Below, piece by piece: positions 28,311-39,325 of a stretch of DNA of 64,000 bases; position 1 is the first letter of the stretch, and each line of letters begins with the position of its first letter. Below the pieces are notes generated by a model that ran no database searches, was not told the DNA's origin, and saw only the letters and a list, made by a program, of their open reading frames with translations. The DNA comes from Candidatus Hermodarchaeota archaeon. Its GTDB lineage: Archaea > Asgardarchaeota > Lokiarchaeia > Sigyniarchaeales > SOKP01. A program made the translations under genes and the position numbers. Location of the stretch: the NCBI GenBank assembly GCA_048885525.1, contig JBHLLP010000017.1, positions 1 through 64,000 of the forward strand, in the 5' to 3' direction.

Positions 28311-29513
28311 ATGGTGCGGATAACACCCTTAACACCCTATGTTCCTATTAATCCAGAAGAATTTTGTACAAATCCATATGACATTATCAGTAAAGAGGAA
28401 GAACTAAACTTAAAGAAAAATCCTAATTCATTAATACATCTTATTTTACCAGATGGAGATGTGAACGAAATTTATCAGAATGCTGCAAAAGCATATAATA
28501 ATTTTAAAGAGAAAAAGATCATTGAAAAAGAGGAGATTCCAAGTATATTCGTATATCGGCAAGAATCTCCACAATTTAATCATCAAGGTCTGATAATAGG
28601 AGTAGCTCTTCAAGACTATGAAAATGGTAAGATTGTAAAACATGAATATACCAGAGAAAAGCCATTAAAGGATCGTACAAACCATATTTTAGCATCTAAG
28701 GTTGCTGCTGGTTTGGTTTGGACTGTATTTCAATCAAATGGAAAAATTAATAATCTTATTGAAAAGATCAAAAATAATAAACCAAAATTTGATTTCAAGA
28801 AATATAATTATCGTCATTTAATATGGCAAGAAACTGATTCGAAAATTATTCAAAAACTAAAAAATTTATTTAAGAAAGAAAAAATTTACATTGCTGATGG
28901 ACATCACAGAGCTGCAAGTGCTGCTGAATATCGTAAATTTCAGTTGAAAAGACTTAATGTACATAAGCAACGAGAAGCACCTTGGCAATTTTTATTATCG
29001 TATGTAGCCTCTGACGATCAAATTCGAATTTTACCATATAACCGAGTAATTAAAAAATTACCATTAAGTGAAAACAAGTTTTTAGAAAGATTAGAAAATG
29101 ATTTTGAAATCATTTCTATGAACCATGCTTTCAACCCTGAGAAAAAAAATGAAATTACTATATGTTTGAAAGGGCATTGGTATAAGTTAGTAGTTAAAAA
29201 TAAAAAGTTTAAAAATAAAAGAGATAGCTTAGATGTTACTATTCTTCAAGATAAAATCTTGGAGCCAATTTTAGGTATAAAAGATCCTCGATCTGATGAG
29301 AACATTTTCTTTGTTGGAGGTATACAGGAACCTAAAGAAATGGAGAAATACATTATAGATCAAGGAAATGATTTATTTGTAAATTTATATCCCGTAGATA
29401 TCAGAGATTTAGAATCTATTGCAGATAAAGGAGGAGTAATGCCCCCAAAGAGTACTTGGTTCGACCCAAAAATCCTCTCGGGTTTGATTTTACACGATTT
29501 AGAAGGAAATTAA
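28311..29513 (+). CDS. DUF1015 family protein
   Basis: PYDII, IVKHEYT, YIADGHHRAASA, MPPKSTWFDPK; ATG 28311 preferred over TTG 28290. Confidence 0.9.
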   Translation: MVRITPLTPYVPINPEEFCTNPYDIISKEEELNLKKNPNSLIHLILPDGDVNEIYQNAAKAYNNFKEKKIIEKEEIPSIFVYRQESPQFNHQGLIIGVALQDYENGKIVKHEYTREKPLKDRTNHILASKVAAGLVWTVFQSNGKINNLIEKIKNNKPKFDFKKYNYRHLIWQETDSKIIQKLKNLFKKEKIYIADGHHRAASAAEYRKFQLKRLNVHKQREAPWQFLLSYVASDDQIRILPYNRVIKKLPLSENKFLERLENDFEIISMNHAFNPEKKNEITICLKGHWYKLVVKNKKFKNKRDSLDVTILQDKILEPILGIKDPRSDENIFFVGGIQEPKEMEKYIIDQGNDLFVNLYPVDIRDLESIADKGGVMPPKSTWFDPKILSGLILHDLEGN

Positions 29514-29529
29514 AAAAAAAAATAGTTGA

Positions 29530-30471
29530 TTATTTACTTTTTAGATAATTGACTATTTTTTCTGCAACCATAGTAGCTGCAGCTGTTTGATTTTCAATAC
29601 TCTGGGAAGCAATATGGGGTGTTAATACAAGATTCTCATCCCACTTAATTAATTCTTGATCCTTCAATGGTTCTTCACGATATACATCAAGAGCCGCACC
29701 AGCTATATCTTTGTTCTTTAAAGCTTTCAATAATGCTTTATCATCTATTAAATTACCTCTTGCAGTATTAATTAATATTGCATCTTTCCTCATTAAGTTT
29801 AATCGTTCTTCATTGATTATATTCTCAGTTTGGGGTGAAGAAGGAAGATGTAATGAAATAATTTGTGCTTCTTTTAATAAATCTTCAACCGAAGAATAAA
29901 TTGAACATCCAATTCCTTTAGCTTCATCAATAGCGACTTGACCTTTACTAAATCTAGAATAAACACCAACTTCCATTCCCATAGCAATCGCTATTTTTGC
30001 TAAATGTTTTGCAATATTTCCAAAACCCACTAAACCAAGTTTTTTACCATTTAATGTATAGCCTAAACATTCATTTTTTTCCCATTTTTCTTCGTGTGTT
30101 GTACGATCTGCAAAAGAAATTCTTCTTGCTAATGTTAACATTAAGCCCAAGGCGAATTCTGCAACTGAGACAGCGGGAGCTTCAGGTGTATTTATAACTT
30201 CAATATTCATTTCCGCAGCTTTTTCTTGATCCACGTTATCTAAACCAACCCCAGCTCTCCCTATTACTTGCAAGTTTTTAGCTCTTTCCAATACATCGGA
30301 AGTTAATTTTGTTCTAGAACGAATTACAATCCCATCATACTCTCCAATCTCATTTTTTAGTTCTTCCTTATTTATAGTAAATCGTTTTATAACCTCAAAT
30401 CCATTATCTTCAAATATTTTAATTCCGATATCTTCAAGTTTATCACTAATTAATATTTTCATTTCCATCAC
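29530..30471 (-). CDS. serA: D-3-phosphoglycerate dehydrogenase-like (short form, no ACT domain)
   Basis: GRAGVGLDNVD, GFGNIA, INTARG, AALDV, LTPHIA. Confidence 0.8.
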   Translation of the reverse strand: MMEMKILISDKLEDIGIKIFEDNGFEVIKRFTINKEELKNEIGEYDGIVIRSRTKLTSDVLERAKNLQVIGRAGVGLDNVDQEKAAEMNIEVINTPEAPAVSVAEFALGLMLTLARRISFADRTTHEEKWEKNECLGYTLNGKKLGLVGFGNIAKHLAKIAIAMGMEVGVYSRFSKGQVAIDEAKGIGCSIYSSVEDLLKEAQIISLHLPSSPQTENIINEERLNLMRKDAILINTARGNLIDDKALLKALKNKDIAGAALDVYREEPLKDQELIKWDENLVLTPHIASQSIENQTAAATMVAEKIVNYLKSK

Positions 30472-30639
30472 AAGGATTAAATTAATTCAAATTGAATAAA
30501 ATTTTAAGTTTTCAAATCTTTAAAGAGTTTTTGTTATTCTAATTAATTTCCTTTTTTATTTTCATATCCTATTAAGAGAACTGATATTTCTAAAAAGAAA
30601 TAAAATAAAAAAAAAGAAGTAATGAGATTTAAAAAATCT

Positions 30640-31752
30640 CTATTTTAACTCATTTATAATCTCTTTAAGTATATCCAACAGTTTTTCAAGATCTCTAACT
30701 TGAATTTCTCCCATATGACCTATTCTAAACGTTTTATTTACTAAAGAACCATATCCATTTACAATTTTATATCCTTTACTTGTAAGACTCTTCAACATAG
30801 CTGGAATATCAAGATTTATTGTATTCTTTATGGTTGATACTGTATTAGACTCATAACCCTCTTCTGGAAACATTTCTAATTCAGAGTTTTTTACCCACGT
30901 TCTTGCATACTTTCCCAATTGCTCATGTCTGATGAACCTGTTTTCTAAACCCTCTTGATTTAAAATAAAGTCTAATTGTATGACTAAACCTCTGATCTGG
31001 GGAATTGGAGGTGTAGTTGGTGTTTCATTATCTTTATTCTTTTTTATTGTAGTTAAAAAGTCAAAATAAACACCTCTATTTTTAACTTGAGCTGCTTTAT
31101 CGAGAGCATTTTCAGAAATTGAAGCAACAGCGATTCCGGGTGGTAATGCAAAACACTTTTGAACTGAAGCTAAAAATACATCTATATTTAATTTATCAAC
31201 TTCAACTTTAACACCACACATAGAGGATGTTCCATCAACACACACAAGAGCGCCATGATCTTTAATTATTGGAATAAGTTCATATATAGGATTATAAACA
31301 CCTGTTGAAGTTTCATTTGATTGCAAAAAAACTACAGAATATTTATCTTTTGACAAAATATCTTGCAAAAACTCTGGTTTTATAGCATGTCCCCATTCTA
31401 CCGCCTCTTTAACGGAACTTTTTCCATTTTCTAATCCAATTTTATACCACCTTTCACCAAAATCTCCAATTGATAAGAATAACCCCTTTTCATCATCTTT
31501 AAGCAAATTTCGGACGCAGGCTTCCATTATTCCTGTTGCACTAGACGCAAAAATTGCACACTCATTTTTAGTATATAACACTTTTTGAAGTCCTTCTTTT
31601 GCGATCTGATGCATTTCTCTATAGAATGTAGAACGATGTGTATCATTAGGCATTGCCATTGCCTTCAAAACTCGATCAGGCACATAAACAGGTCCAGGAG
31701 TAAATAGCGTCAATGGTGAACCTTTATCTTTATTAAAATGAATATCAGCCAT
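30640..31752 (-). CDS. Class V PLP aminotransferase (archaeal phosphoserine/serine-glyoxylate type)
   Basis: LFTPGP, NETSTGV, VDGTSS, SVQKCFALPPG, FRIGHMG. Confidence 0.9.
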   Translation of the reverse strand: MADIHFNKDKGSPLTLFTPGPVYVPDRVLKAMAMPNDTHRSTFYREMHQIAKEGLQKVLYTKNECAIFASSATGIMEACVRNLLKDDEKGLFLSIGDFGERWYKIGLENGKSSVKEAVEWGHAIKPEFLQDILSKDKYSVVFLQSNETSTGVYNPIYELIPIIKDHGALVCVDGTSSMCGVKVEVDKLNIDVFLASVQKCFALPPGIAVASISENALDKAAQVKNRGVYFDFLTTIKKNKDNETPTTPPIPQIRGLVIQLDFILNQEGLENRFIRHEQLGKYARTWVKNSELEMFPEEGYESNTVSTIKNTINLDIPAMLKSLTSKGYKIVNGYGSLVNKTFRIGHMGEIQVRDLEKLLDILKEIINELK

Positions 31753-31980
31753 AGCTAGTACCTTTTTTTGATTTTTTAAAATTTTTTTATTTAGGATAAG
31801 AAATTAACTAGTATGATTTGATATAATCTTTATCATTTTTTATCCATATATGAGAATAGTCAAAATTCAAGGAATAATAATAACTTTTGGTTAAAATTAT
31901 TCTTGTTTTCAAATTTAAAATTATATCAAGACTAACTCAATTTGAAATATTTATTTTATCAATAACAAAATATTATTCTA

Positions 31981-32637
31981 TTATATTTTTTTTAATATTA
32001 AATTTCCATCCGTATCGATAAATACTAAATAATCAGAGACTATATATAGAAAGAGTTTAAAATTTCTTAAGTGTACAAGAGATAATCCATATTCACTTAA
32101 GTATAATGCAGCTCTACTTAAAATATTGAATAGGAGAGTAAAAGAGAGAGCAACAATATTAAATAAAAAACTGTCCAATTCATAAAAGATCATTAAAACG
32201 CAAATTATTAAAGTAACTACACCAATAAAAATACTCATAATCCGATGCGTTATTGCGTAACTATCAATTAGATATCCTTTTATAATGCCTGCAAAACCCA
32301 CAATCATTATAGGAAAAGCATATAATGTGATCATAACTTGCATTGGTATACCAACCTCTATTAAAATAAAGTTTAACCACGTGACTGAAATCATTATGTA
32401 AATAATTCCAAGTAAAGTCTTATTAATATTTCCAAATTTATACTTTCTTTTCGTATTAAAAGCAGTTATAATTTTTATGAATCCACTAACTCCTAAAGAC
32501 ACAAAGGGATAAACAGCAATAGCTAATAACGCTTCTAAGTGAAAAAACATAAAAAATAATATATAACTGATAACAATAAAAATAGCAACATAATCATCAG
32601 CACGAATTTTTTTTTTATTGACTAATTCTAACCGCAT
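31981..32637 (-). CDS. Multi-pass membrane protein (HdeD/DUF308-like)
   Basis: About 6 hydrophobic helices with repeated G..KII/G.AGII pattern. Confidence 0.55.
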   Translation of the reverse strand: MRLELVNKKKIRADDYVAIFIVISYILFFMFFHLEALLAIAVYPFVSLGVSGFIKIITAFNTKRKYKFGNINKTLLGIIYIMISVTWLNFILIEVGIPMQVMITLYAFPIMIVGFAGIIKGYLIDSYAITHRIMSIFIGVVTLIICVLMIFYELDSFLFNIVALSFTLLFNILSRAALYLSEYGLSLVHLRNFKLFLYIVSDYLVFIDTDGNLILKKI

Positions 32638-32789
32638 GTTCTCGTTTTAAAAATAATATTTCATTATATAAAAAATAAATAATGCATTCCATTATTTTTA
32701 TTTTTCATCACAAAGTTATTATATAAATCAAAATATTAAATAAGAATTATTCTATATCAAACTTAAATTTATTTAATCCTATTATAATT

Positions 32790-33725
32790 CTATAAGAAAA
32801 GAATGATGTAATTGCCGACTATAATTAATATAACTGCAAGTAGAAATCTTTTGCGAAATTTTTCTTTTAAAATTAAAATTGAAAAAATCTGTTGAACCAT
32901 AGGTGTATTAACCGTAAATGTAGAGGTTAAAATTAGTCCATTAATTTCAGCAGCTTTAATGTATACAGCATCTGCGAAACCTAAAGATAAGATCCCTGCA
33001 ATTCCAATATAAACAAAATATTTTATTTTTTTTCTATTTTCTTTTTTAAATCCCCCGTAATATTCTCGTTGAAATATTCCTAAAATAGCAATTGTAATCA
33101 TACCAAAAACTACTCTAACAAAATTTGATACAAACACATCTCCAGTTAAAACTCGAGCTTGATTAAATGAAACATAAGCTAAACTCCAAAAAAATGCTGT
33201 ACCAATTGCTAATAAAACCCCAATTATTATATCTTCTGAAATTTTTTCTTTTATCTTTCTCTTTTCATGAATTTTTTCAGACTTGTCTTTTGAACTTAAA
33301 ATAAAAACACTTGAGAGTATTAACGCACCACCCACGCAAATTGAAATTGTAATTTTTTCACCGAAAAATGCAATAGAAAAGAAAATTACAAAAATAAGTG
33401 AGAGTTGAACTAAAGGATATGTACGTGATGCATCTATTTTCTTTAATGACATATAATAAAATAAATCTCCTATTGTAACACTTAGACCAGATATAAGGCA
33501 TGCTATTATATAATCTATTAGCTTTTGAGAACTGAGATCTGTTATGAGATAAAAGTTACCAAAGATTAAAGAAAAAATAAGGGTTCCTAGACTAGTACAG
33601 CAAAGTCTAAAAAATAAATTAGCTTTTGCTTCAGTTCTCCTAAGCCCCCATTTATATACTAATGATGCTAGAGCCCAAGTAAAAATGGCATCAAATGTTA
33701 AAATAAAACCTATTAACTCAACCAT
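32790..33725 (-). CDS. EamA/DMT family transporter
   Basis: Two 5-TM repeats; LKKIDASRTYP, FFGEK, ILKEK. Confidence 0.88.
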   Translation of the reverse strand: MVELIGFILTFDAIFTWALASLVYKWGLRRTEAKANLFFRLCCTSLGTLIFSLIFGNFYLITDLSSQKLIDYIIACLISGLSVTIGDLFYYMSLKKIDASRTYPLVQLSLIFVIFFSIAFFGEKITISICVGGALILSSVFILSSKDKSEKIHEKRKIKEKISEDIIIGVLLAIGTAFFWSLAYVSFNQARVLTGDVFVSNFVRVVFGMITIAILGIFQREYYGGFKKENRKKIKYFVYIGIAGILSLGFADAVYIKAAEINGLILTSTFTVNTPMVQQIFSILILKEKFRKRFLLAVILIIVGNYIILFL

Positions 33726-33773
33726 TTAAGAAATTAAATTTAAAAATACTATTAAAGTGTTTTTAAAATAAAT

Positions 33774-34952
33774 TTAATCTTTAGATTTTAATTTCAATAT
33801 GAATTCTTTTGGTGGTGCTTTATTGAAGAGAAACATATTCACTACATTTTCCCTAAAATCATCATCTTTTTCAGCAATCTCACAAATTTTTGAAAAGTTC
33901 CTCCCCTCGTTTTCAAAACAAAAATCAGAGATTGATAAGGTTAATTTATAACTACGTGCAATTTTTCTTATTGATGGATGAAATTTATAATTTTTTAATG
34001 TATGGGCTGATATCTTATCACTTTCTAATGCTTTAATTGCTGTTTCAGCAGCGACTTTTCCTGAGAGTATACCTGGGCATATACCTTCCCCACTGATTGG
34101 ATTAACAAAACCAGCAGCGTCTCCTACGAACATTAAATTATCACCATATAAGCTCTTATCTATAATTCCTTGTCCTGGTAAAGGATAAGAACCTTCCCAT
34201 ACTTTTTTATAGCTTCCTTTGGGTAGAAATTTTTGAATATTTGAGTCATTTAAGAAATCGTTATAAATTTGGTTTAAATTATACTTTATGTTATCTTCCC
34301 CCATTGTACCGCATCCTATATTAAATTTCTTCTCATCTAATGGAAACAACCACCCATAACCTTTATATGACTTAAAAAAAAGAGAGATTGTATCTTTGTC
34401 AATTTTATTTTCACCTTCCATTATCGCACATTTTGCAAGCATTATATCTTTAGTCTTCCATTTTTTCTTCAAACCTGATTTTAGTGCTAATTTTGAACTC
34501 ATCCCGTCTGCGATAACAATAATATTCCCTTTATATTCTTGTATTCCTGAAGAAGTTTTTGTTTTTATCCCAATTCTCTTATTATTTTTTATGATAAAAT
34601 CATAGGATATATTCTTATCAAATAATTCAGCACCGGCATCAATAGCTATATCTCTTAAGAGATTATCAAATTCCAATCGATCAACGTTTATTGAATAATC
34701 CAAAGCTCCTTTCCATTCATATCCAAATTTATGATAATCAGCAGAATATATTGAAATTTTATTGATACGATGAAAATTAAACTTACGTAATTGAGGATAA
34801 TATTTAAAAATCCTTGAATTCACTGCACCACCACATGGTTTACGCCAATTTGTATCTTTTTCAATTAATACCACCTTAAATCCACTTTTTGCCAACACTT
34901 CAGCACATTTTGAACCAGCTGGTCCTGCTCCAGAGATCACTACGTCATACAT
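33774..34952 (-). CDS. Geranylgeranyl reductase family flavoprotein
   Basis: GAGPAG, KPCGG, IADG, GYGWLFP, VGDAAGFVNPISGEGI. Confidence 0.92.
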   Translation of the reverse strand: MYDVVISGAGPAGSKCAEVLAKSGFKVVLIEKDTNWRKPCGGAVNSRIFKYYPQLRKFNFHRINKISIYSADYHKFGYEWKGALDYSINVDRLEFDNLLRDIAIDAGAELFDKNISYDFIIKNNKRIGIKTKTSSGIQEYKGNIIVIADGMSSKLALKSGLKKKWKTKDIMLAKCAIMEGENKIDKDTISLFFKSYKGYGWLFPLDEKKFNIGCGTMGEDNIKYNLNQIYNDFLNDSNIQKFLPKGSYKKVWEGSYPLPGQGIIDKSLYGDNLMFVGDAAGFVNPISGEGICPGILSGKVAAETAIKALESDKISAHTLKNYKFHPSIRKIARSYKLTLSISDFCFENEGRNFSKICEIAEKDDDFRENVVNMFLFNKAPPKEFILKLKSKD

Positions 34953-35083
34953 CTTAAATCGTTAAAACATAGTTTTTGTATACTATTTAATTTATACAAT
35001 CATAAAAAACTTAATGCTAAAAGGATTAATAATTAATAAAAAATTAAAAAAAATTATAAAAACAAGAGTTCTTTAATGAAATT

Positions 35084-35776
35084 ATGAGAAAAGAAGAATT
35101 ATTAAAGCCAATTGATTCTGAGTTTATAAGAAATTCAAAAGATACTCTCTCAAGAACTCAAAAAAATAATGTTCAAACTTTTAAAACTGGGACTACTACA
35201 GTAGGATTAACATGTAAAGATGCCATTATTTTTGGAACAGATAAAAGAGCTACAATGGCTTATTTTATAGCAAGTAAAATCTCTGAAAAAGTCTATAAAA
35301 TTCAAGAACATCTTTGGATGACAACAGCGGGAGGTGTAGCTGACACTCAATACCTTATAGATATTTTAAGGGCTGAAACAACCATTTATCAATTAGGACA
35401 TGATAGTCGACCAATATTAGTAAAATCTGCCGGTAAAATGTTATCAAATATATTATATCAAAATAAAATGTTTCCTTTTGAAGTAGGTTTAATGCTAGGT
35501 GGAGTTACAGAGGAAGAAGGCCCTACACTCTTAGATATTAGCGCTTATGGTTCAATTTTACCTGAGAAATATTGTGCTGTTGGAAGTGGACAGAATTTTT
35601 CTTATGGAGTTTTAGAAGCAAGATATAAAGAGAATTTAACTATTGAAGAGGGTAAAGAAATCGTAAAAAAAGCGGTAACTTCTTCAATAATACGTGATAT
35701 GGCGAGCGGGAATGGAATCGATATTGCTGTAATTTACAAAAACAAACCCGCCGACAGAGAGTTTATACCGATCTAA
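35084..35776 (+). CDS. psmB: Proteasome beta subunit
   Basis: KTG|TTTVG, DKRAT, AGGVAD, GSG, RDMASGNGID. Confidence 0.96.
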   Translation: MRKEELLKPIDSEFIRNSKDTLSRTQKNNVQTFKTGTTTVGLTCKDAIIFGTDKRATMAYFIASKISEKVYKIQEHLWMTTAGGVADTQYLIDILRAETTIYQLGHDSRPILVKSAGKMLSNILYQNKMFPFEVGLMLGGVTEEEGPTLLDISAYGSILPEKYCAVGSGQNFSYGVLEARYKENLTIEEGKEIVKKAVTSSIIRDMASGNGIDIAVIYKNKPADREFIPI

Positions 35777-36013
35777 AATTACTTCTTTTAAATTGTTGTC
35801 ATAAGAGTTTTTCTCTTCCTATTTAAGTTTTATCTATTACAATTTTCATTTAAAAAAATTTAAAAGAAAATATTTAATAATTGTGATAGCATAACTTTAT
35901 AAAATTATATTATATATTCTTAAGCTAGAAGGATTATCTCTTAATAGAACTTGAAATTATTTACCGATATTGGTACTAATCAATAGAAAACAAAAAATTA
36001 GCAACATATTACA

Positions 36014-36742
36014 ATGCCTTATGAAATTATAGTGGATTTATCTCACAAGGAAAAACTAGAAGAGTTTCCAGAGTTCGCTCTTGGTGAAGATGATTTTGAA
36101 ATAACCTATATTGATAAAAATGAAGGACCAATAGATTTTGAAACGCTTGAAGATTTTGATATTTTATTCATAGGAAATATTCAACACTCTAAAAATGACA
36201 AAAAAGATAAATTTTCCCAGGAGGAATTACGAGCAATTAAAAAATATATCGGAGAAGGAGGAGGTTTGCTATTAACAAGTGGAGAAGGGGGTGATGGGGA
36301 TATACCTATGAAAAATGGATCGATTAGAGTATTGTATAAAATGACAGGCGTTCGAAGATTTTGGAATGGAGTTATTCATGAAGCTCCCTCAAATTATCTT
36401 ATAAAAAAGAAGAATCTATTAATAACAGAATTATTTAATCATCCTATAACAGAAGGGATCTCCGAATTAGTTTTACCTAATTGTACTTTTTTTACATTAG
36501 CGGAAGAGGAAGTAGAAGATCTAATTGTAACATCCGAAAAAGCAGAATTTAAATATTATTCTGATGATGAAATTAGTGCTCTCGGACCAGTACCTATATG
36601 TGTTGTTTCTGAATTCTACAACGGGAGATGTGTTACTATAGGTTCATCAGATTGGCTTTTGGAAAATGATTTTGGTTTAGATGCTGGAGATAATCTTAAA
36701 TTTCTGTCAAATATTATCGAATGGCTCTCTTTTGAGATTTAG
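36014..36742 (+). CDS. GIFT (GldG/IFT52)-like class I glutamine-amidotransferase-fold protein
   Basis: VDLSHKE, FSQEELRAIKKYIGEGGGLLLTSGEGG, HPITEG, GRCVTIGS, DNLKFLSNIIEWL. Confidence 0.7.
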   Translation: MPYEIIVDLSHKEKLEEFPEFALGEDDFEITYIDKNEGPIDFETLEDFDILFIGNIQHSKNDKKDKFSQEELRAIKKYIGEGGGLLLTSGEGGDGDIPMKNGSIRVLYKMTGVRRFWNGVIHEAPSNYLIKKKNLLITELFNHPITEGISELVLPNCTFFTLAEEEVEDLIVTSEKAEFKYYSDDEISALGPVPICVVSEFYNGRCVTIGSSDWLLENDFGLDAGDNLKFLSNIIEWLSFEI

Positions 36743-36767
36743 CTATAAATATTAATTTTTCTTTACT

Positions 36768-37880
36768 ATGGTTTTTAGAATTCTTCGGCCTGATTCTTTA
36801 TCAGTCTGGAATGAAAAGGAAATTCTTAGACGATTTTCACGATATAGAGGGATTATTGATGGGACTCAATTAGCAAGATACTTAATTGCTAAAAGTGTAA
36901 AGTGCGATTTTAACTTAAATGACTCTGTAGAAAAACTTGAACAATTACTCAAAGTAAAATCACTTGAGTTTAATGAACTACTTACTGAGGATTTTGATTA
37001 TTTAAAAAATCGTGTTGTTCATGAAATTAATTATATAACTCTTGCTGAAACAATAGCGTTTAAATATCTAGCAAATTGTATTTTCTGTGAGAGACAATGC
37101 GAAGCAAATCGTATAAGTGGCGAACAAGGTTTCTGTTTAATTTTAAAAGATTCTTACGTATCTTCTGCTTTCCTTCATATGGGCGAAGAACCCCATTTAA
37201 TCCCGTCTGGCACAATTTTTTTTCAAGGGTGTAATTTTGGATGTGTCTTTTGTCAAAATTATGATATTTCTCAAGCATGGAAAGGGAGAAAAAATATTGA
37301 AGATATTTCTCAGAAAGTTAAAAATATTCAACTAGCAGCTATTGCTGAAAAACTTGTTGATAAAGGAGCCATAAACATAAATTATGTGGGAGGAGATCCC
37401 ATTCCAAACATACACACTATAGTAGGGAGTTTAAAATTTCAAAAATCTAATATCTGTCAGTTATGGAATTCAAATTTTTTCTTAACTGAAAAATCATTAT
37501 CATTAATAATAGATTTTATGGATTTCTGGCTTCCCGATTTTAAATATGGTAATAATCAATGTGCGAAAAAGTATTCTGGTATTGATAATTACTTCAATGT
37601 TGTTGCTAGAAATCATAAAAGCGTCCATGATAAGGGAAGCGGAGAGATATGTATCAGACACTTGGTTATGCCAAATCATATTGAATGTTGCACTAAGCCA
37701 ATATTAGATTATGTTGCTAAGGAACTTCCGAAGGCTGTATTGAACTTGATGGGGCAATTTCGGCCACAGTGGAAAGCCTTTGAATATCCTGAGATAAATC
37801 GAAGACCTACTTTACAAGAAATGCAAGAAGCTAGAGATTATGCTGATAAATTAAATATTCTCTGGAAACCTGTTTCTTAA
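36768..37880 (+). CDS. Radical SAM protein, PflX-like
   Basis: CIFCERQC, HMGEE, CNFGCVFCQN, PDFKYG, RHLVMPNH. Confidence 0.9.
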   Translation: MVFRILRPDSLSVWNEKEILRRFSRYRGIIDGTQLARYLIAKSVKCDFNLNDSVEKLEQLLKVKSLEFNELLTEDFDYLKNRVVHEINYITLAETIAFKYLANCIFCERQCEANRISGEQGFCLILKDSYVSSAFLHMGEEPHLIPSGTIFFQGCNFGCVFCQNYDISQAWKGRKNIEDISQKVKNIQLAAIAEKLVDKGAININYVGGDPIPNIHTIVGSLKFQKSNICQLWNSNFFLTEKSLSLIIDFMDFWLPDFKYGNNQCAKKYSGIDNYFNVVARNHKSVHDKGSGEICIRHLVMPNHIECCTKPILDYVAKELPKAVLNLMGQFRPQWKAFEYPEINRRPTLQEMQEARDYADKLNILWKPVS

Positions 37881-37895
37881 ATATTATAGCATTTT

Positions 37896-39167
37896 TTAGT
37901 CTCTGACACATAAAGTTTCAACTTCTTTAATTTCTTTCGGAGGTCCCGGGAGTATCTCGACGCCATCTGCAGTAATTAATACACCATCCTCAATCCTAAT
38001 TCCAATTCCTTCCTCAGGAACAGTGATGAATGGCTCAATTACTATAACCACACCTGGTTCAAAAGGATTATCATTCATAAACCATGAATTAGCGTCATGG
38101 ATATTTAAACCAACTGGATGACCACACGTCCCATATCCATATTTGTCTACCCCATATTTCTTAAAAGTTTCATAAACTGCATTATGGGCGTCTCTTTGTG
38201 TTGTTCCGGGTTTCATTATAGCAATCGCTTTTTTCTGGGCTTCGAGAACAATTGAATAAAGTTCTTTTTGCCTATCAGTGAATTTCCCATTTGCAGGAAA
38301 TGTTCTACTAATATCCGAACTATATCCCTTATATTCCACCCCTCCATCGATAAGTACGAGATCACCATCCTTGATTTCTTGGTTATTATCCATGTAATGT
38401 CCGATAGCGCTATTCTTTCCAGCAGCAATGATGATATTACTCTTATATTGATCATGCCAGTTACCACTTACTAATTTTGGATCGCGAATACTAATTTCAT
38501 AATCATAAATAGCTTTACCTAGAGATTCATTAACTCCAGGTGTAAGAGATCTCATAATTTTTTCAAAAATTTCTGAGTGTATTTGAAAAGCATGCCGAAG
38601 ACATTCGATTTCATAAGGATCCTTAATCCATCTCATTTGATGAATAAGAGGCGCAATATTTTGAAATCGAATCCAAGGAAATCGCTGACAAATTTCATTT
38701 ATTTTCATGGTATTTGGTGTAATCGGCATTTCGAGTTTTGGTCTAGCAGCAATATTACCCCAAAAAAGGGACTCTGACATTAAATTTCTCATCAAGATTT
38801 CTGGAAATTTGGAGAGTGATTTAATAGTATTTATCCCCGTTTTCTCTTTTACATTTTCGATTGCTTCGCTTTCCCCATCAACAAATTTCTCTCTCTCACT
38901 CAATTCGCGTAAAAAAAGTACTTCATTAACAATTCTGCCCCTTCCTAATTCGGGTGTTTGCTGGGTTTCAAAAATATCAATTTTCAAACCCTTTGGGGAA
39001 AGTAGAAGAATAATATCTTCATTAGAGATTCCAGATAGGTATTGGAGATTTTTATCAGATAATAATGAATCTGGGGAAGAAGCTGATTTTGTAATCATAG
39101 CTACACCACTTTCCATTTTTTTCATTAAATTTTTTCTTCGGTTTCTTAGGATTTCTGGTAAATTCAT
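37896..39167 (-). CDS. Xaa-Pro aminopeptidase (M24B)
   Basis: LIDGG, YSSDISRTFP, GHPVGLNIHD, IEP, GIRIEDG. Confidence 0.92.
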   Translation of the reverse strand: MNLPEILRNRRKNLMKKMESGVAMITKSASSPDSLLSDKNLQYLSGISNEDIILLLSPKGLKIDIFETQQTPELGRGRIVNEVLFLRELSEREKFVDGESEAIENVKEKTGINTIKSLSKFPEILMRNLMSESLFWGNIAARPKLEMPITPNTMKINEICQRFPWIRFQNIAPLIHQMRWIKDPYEIECLRHAFQIHSEIFEKIMRSLTPGVNESLGKAIYDYEISIRDPKLVSGNWHDQYKSNIIIAAGKNSAIGHYMDNNQEIKDGDLVLIDGGVEYKGYSSDISRTFPANGKFTDRQKELYSIVLEAQKKAIAIMKPGTTQRDAHNAVYETFKKYGVDKYGYGTCGHPVGLNIHDANSWFMNDNPFEPGVVIVIEPFITVPEEGIGIRIEDGVLITADGVEILPGPPKEIKEVETLCVRD

Positions 39168-39325
39168 ATTTACTCAATTTAAACCATTATTGAAAAATAT
39201 TTCTAAATTGTTTAAGCCGACATTAAAAGCAATTCTGTATATGAGAAAAATCTATAAGTAATCAAATATTGTAAGACTTAAGTTTTTACGATTCTACTTT
39301 TAATAATTAACTAAAATGAATTTAA

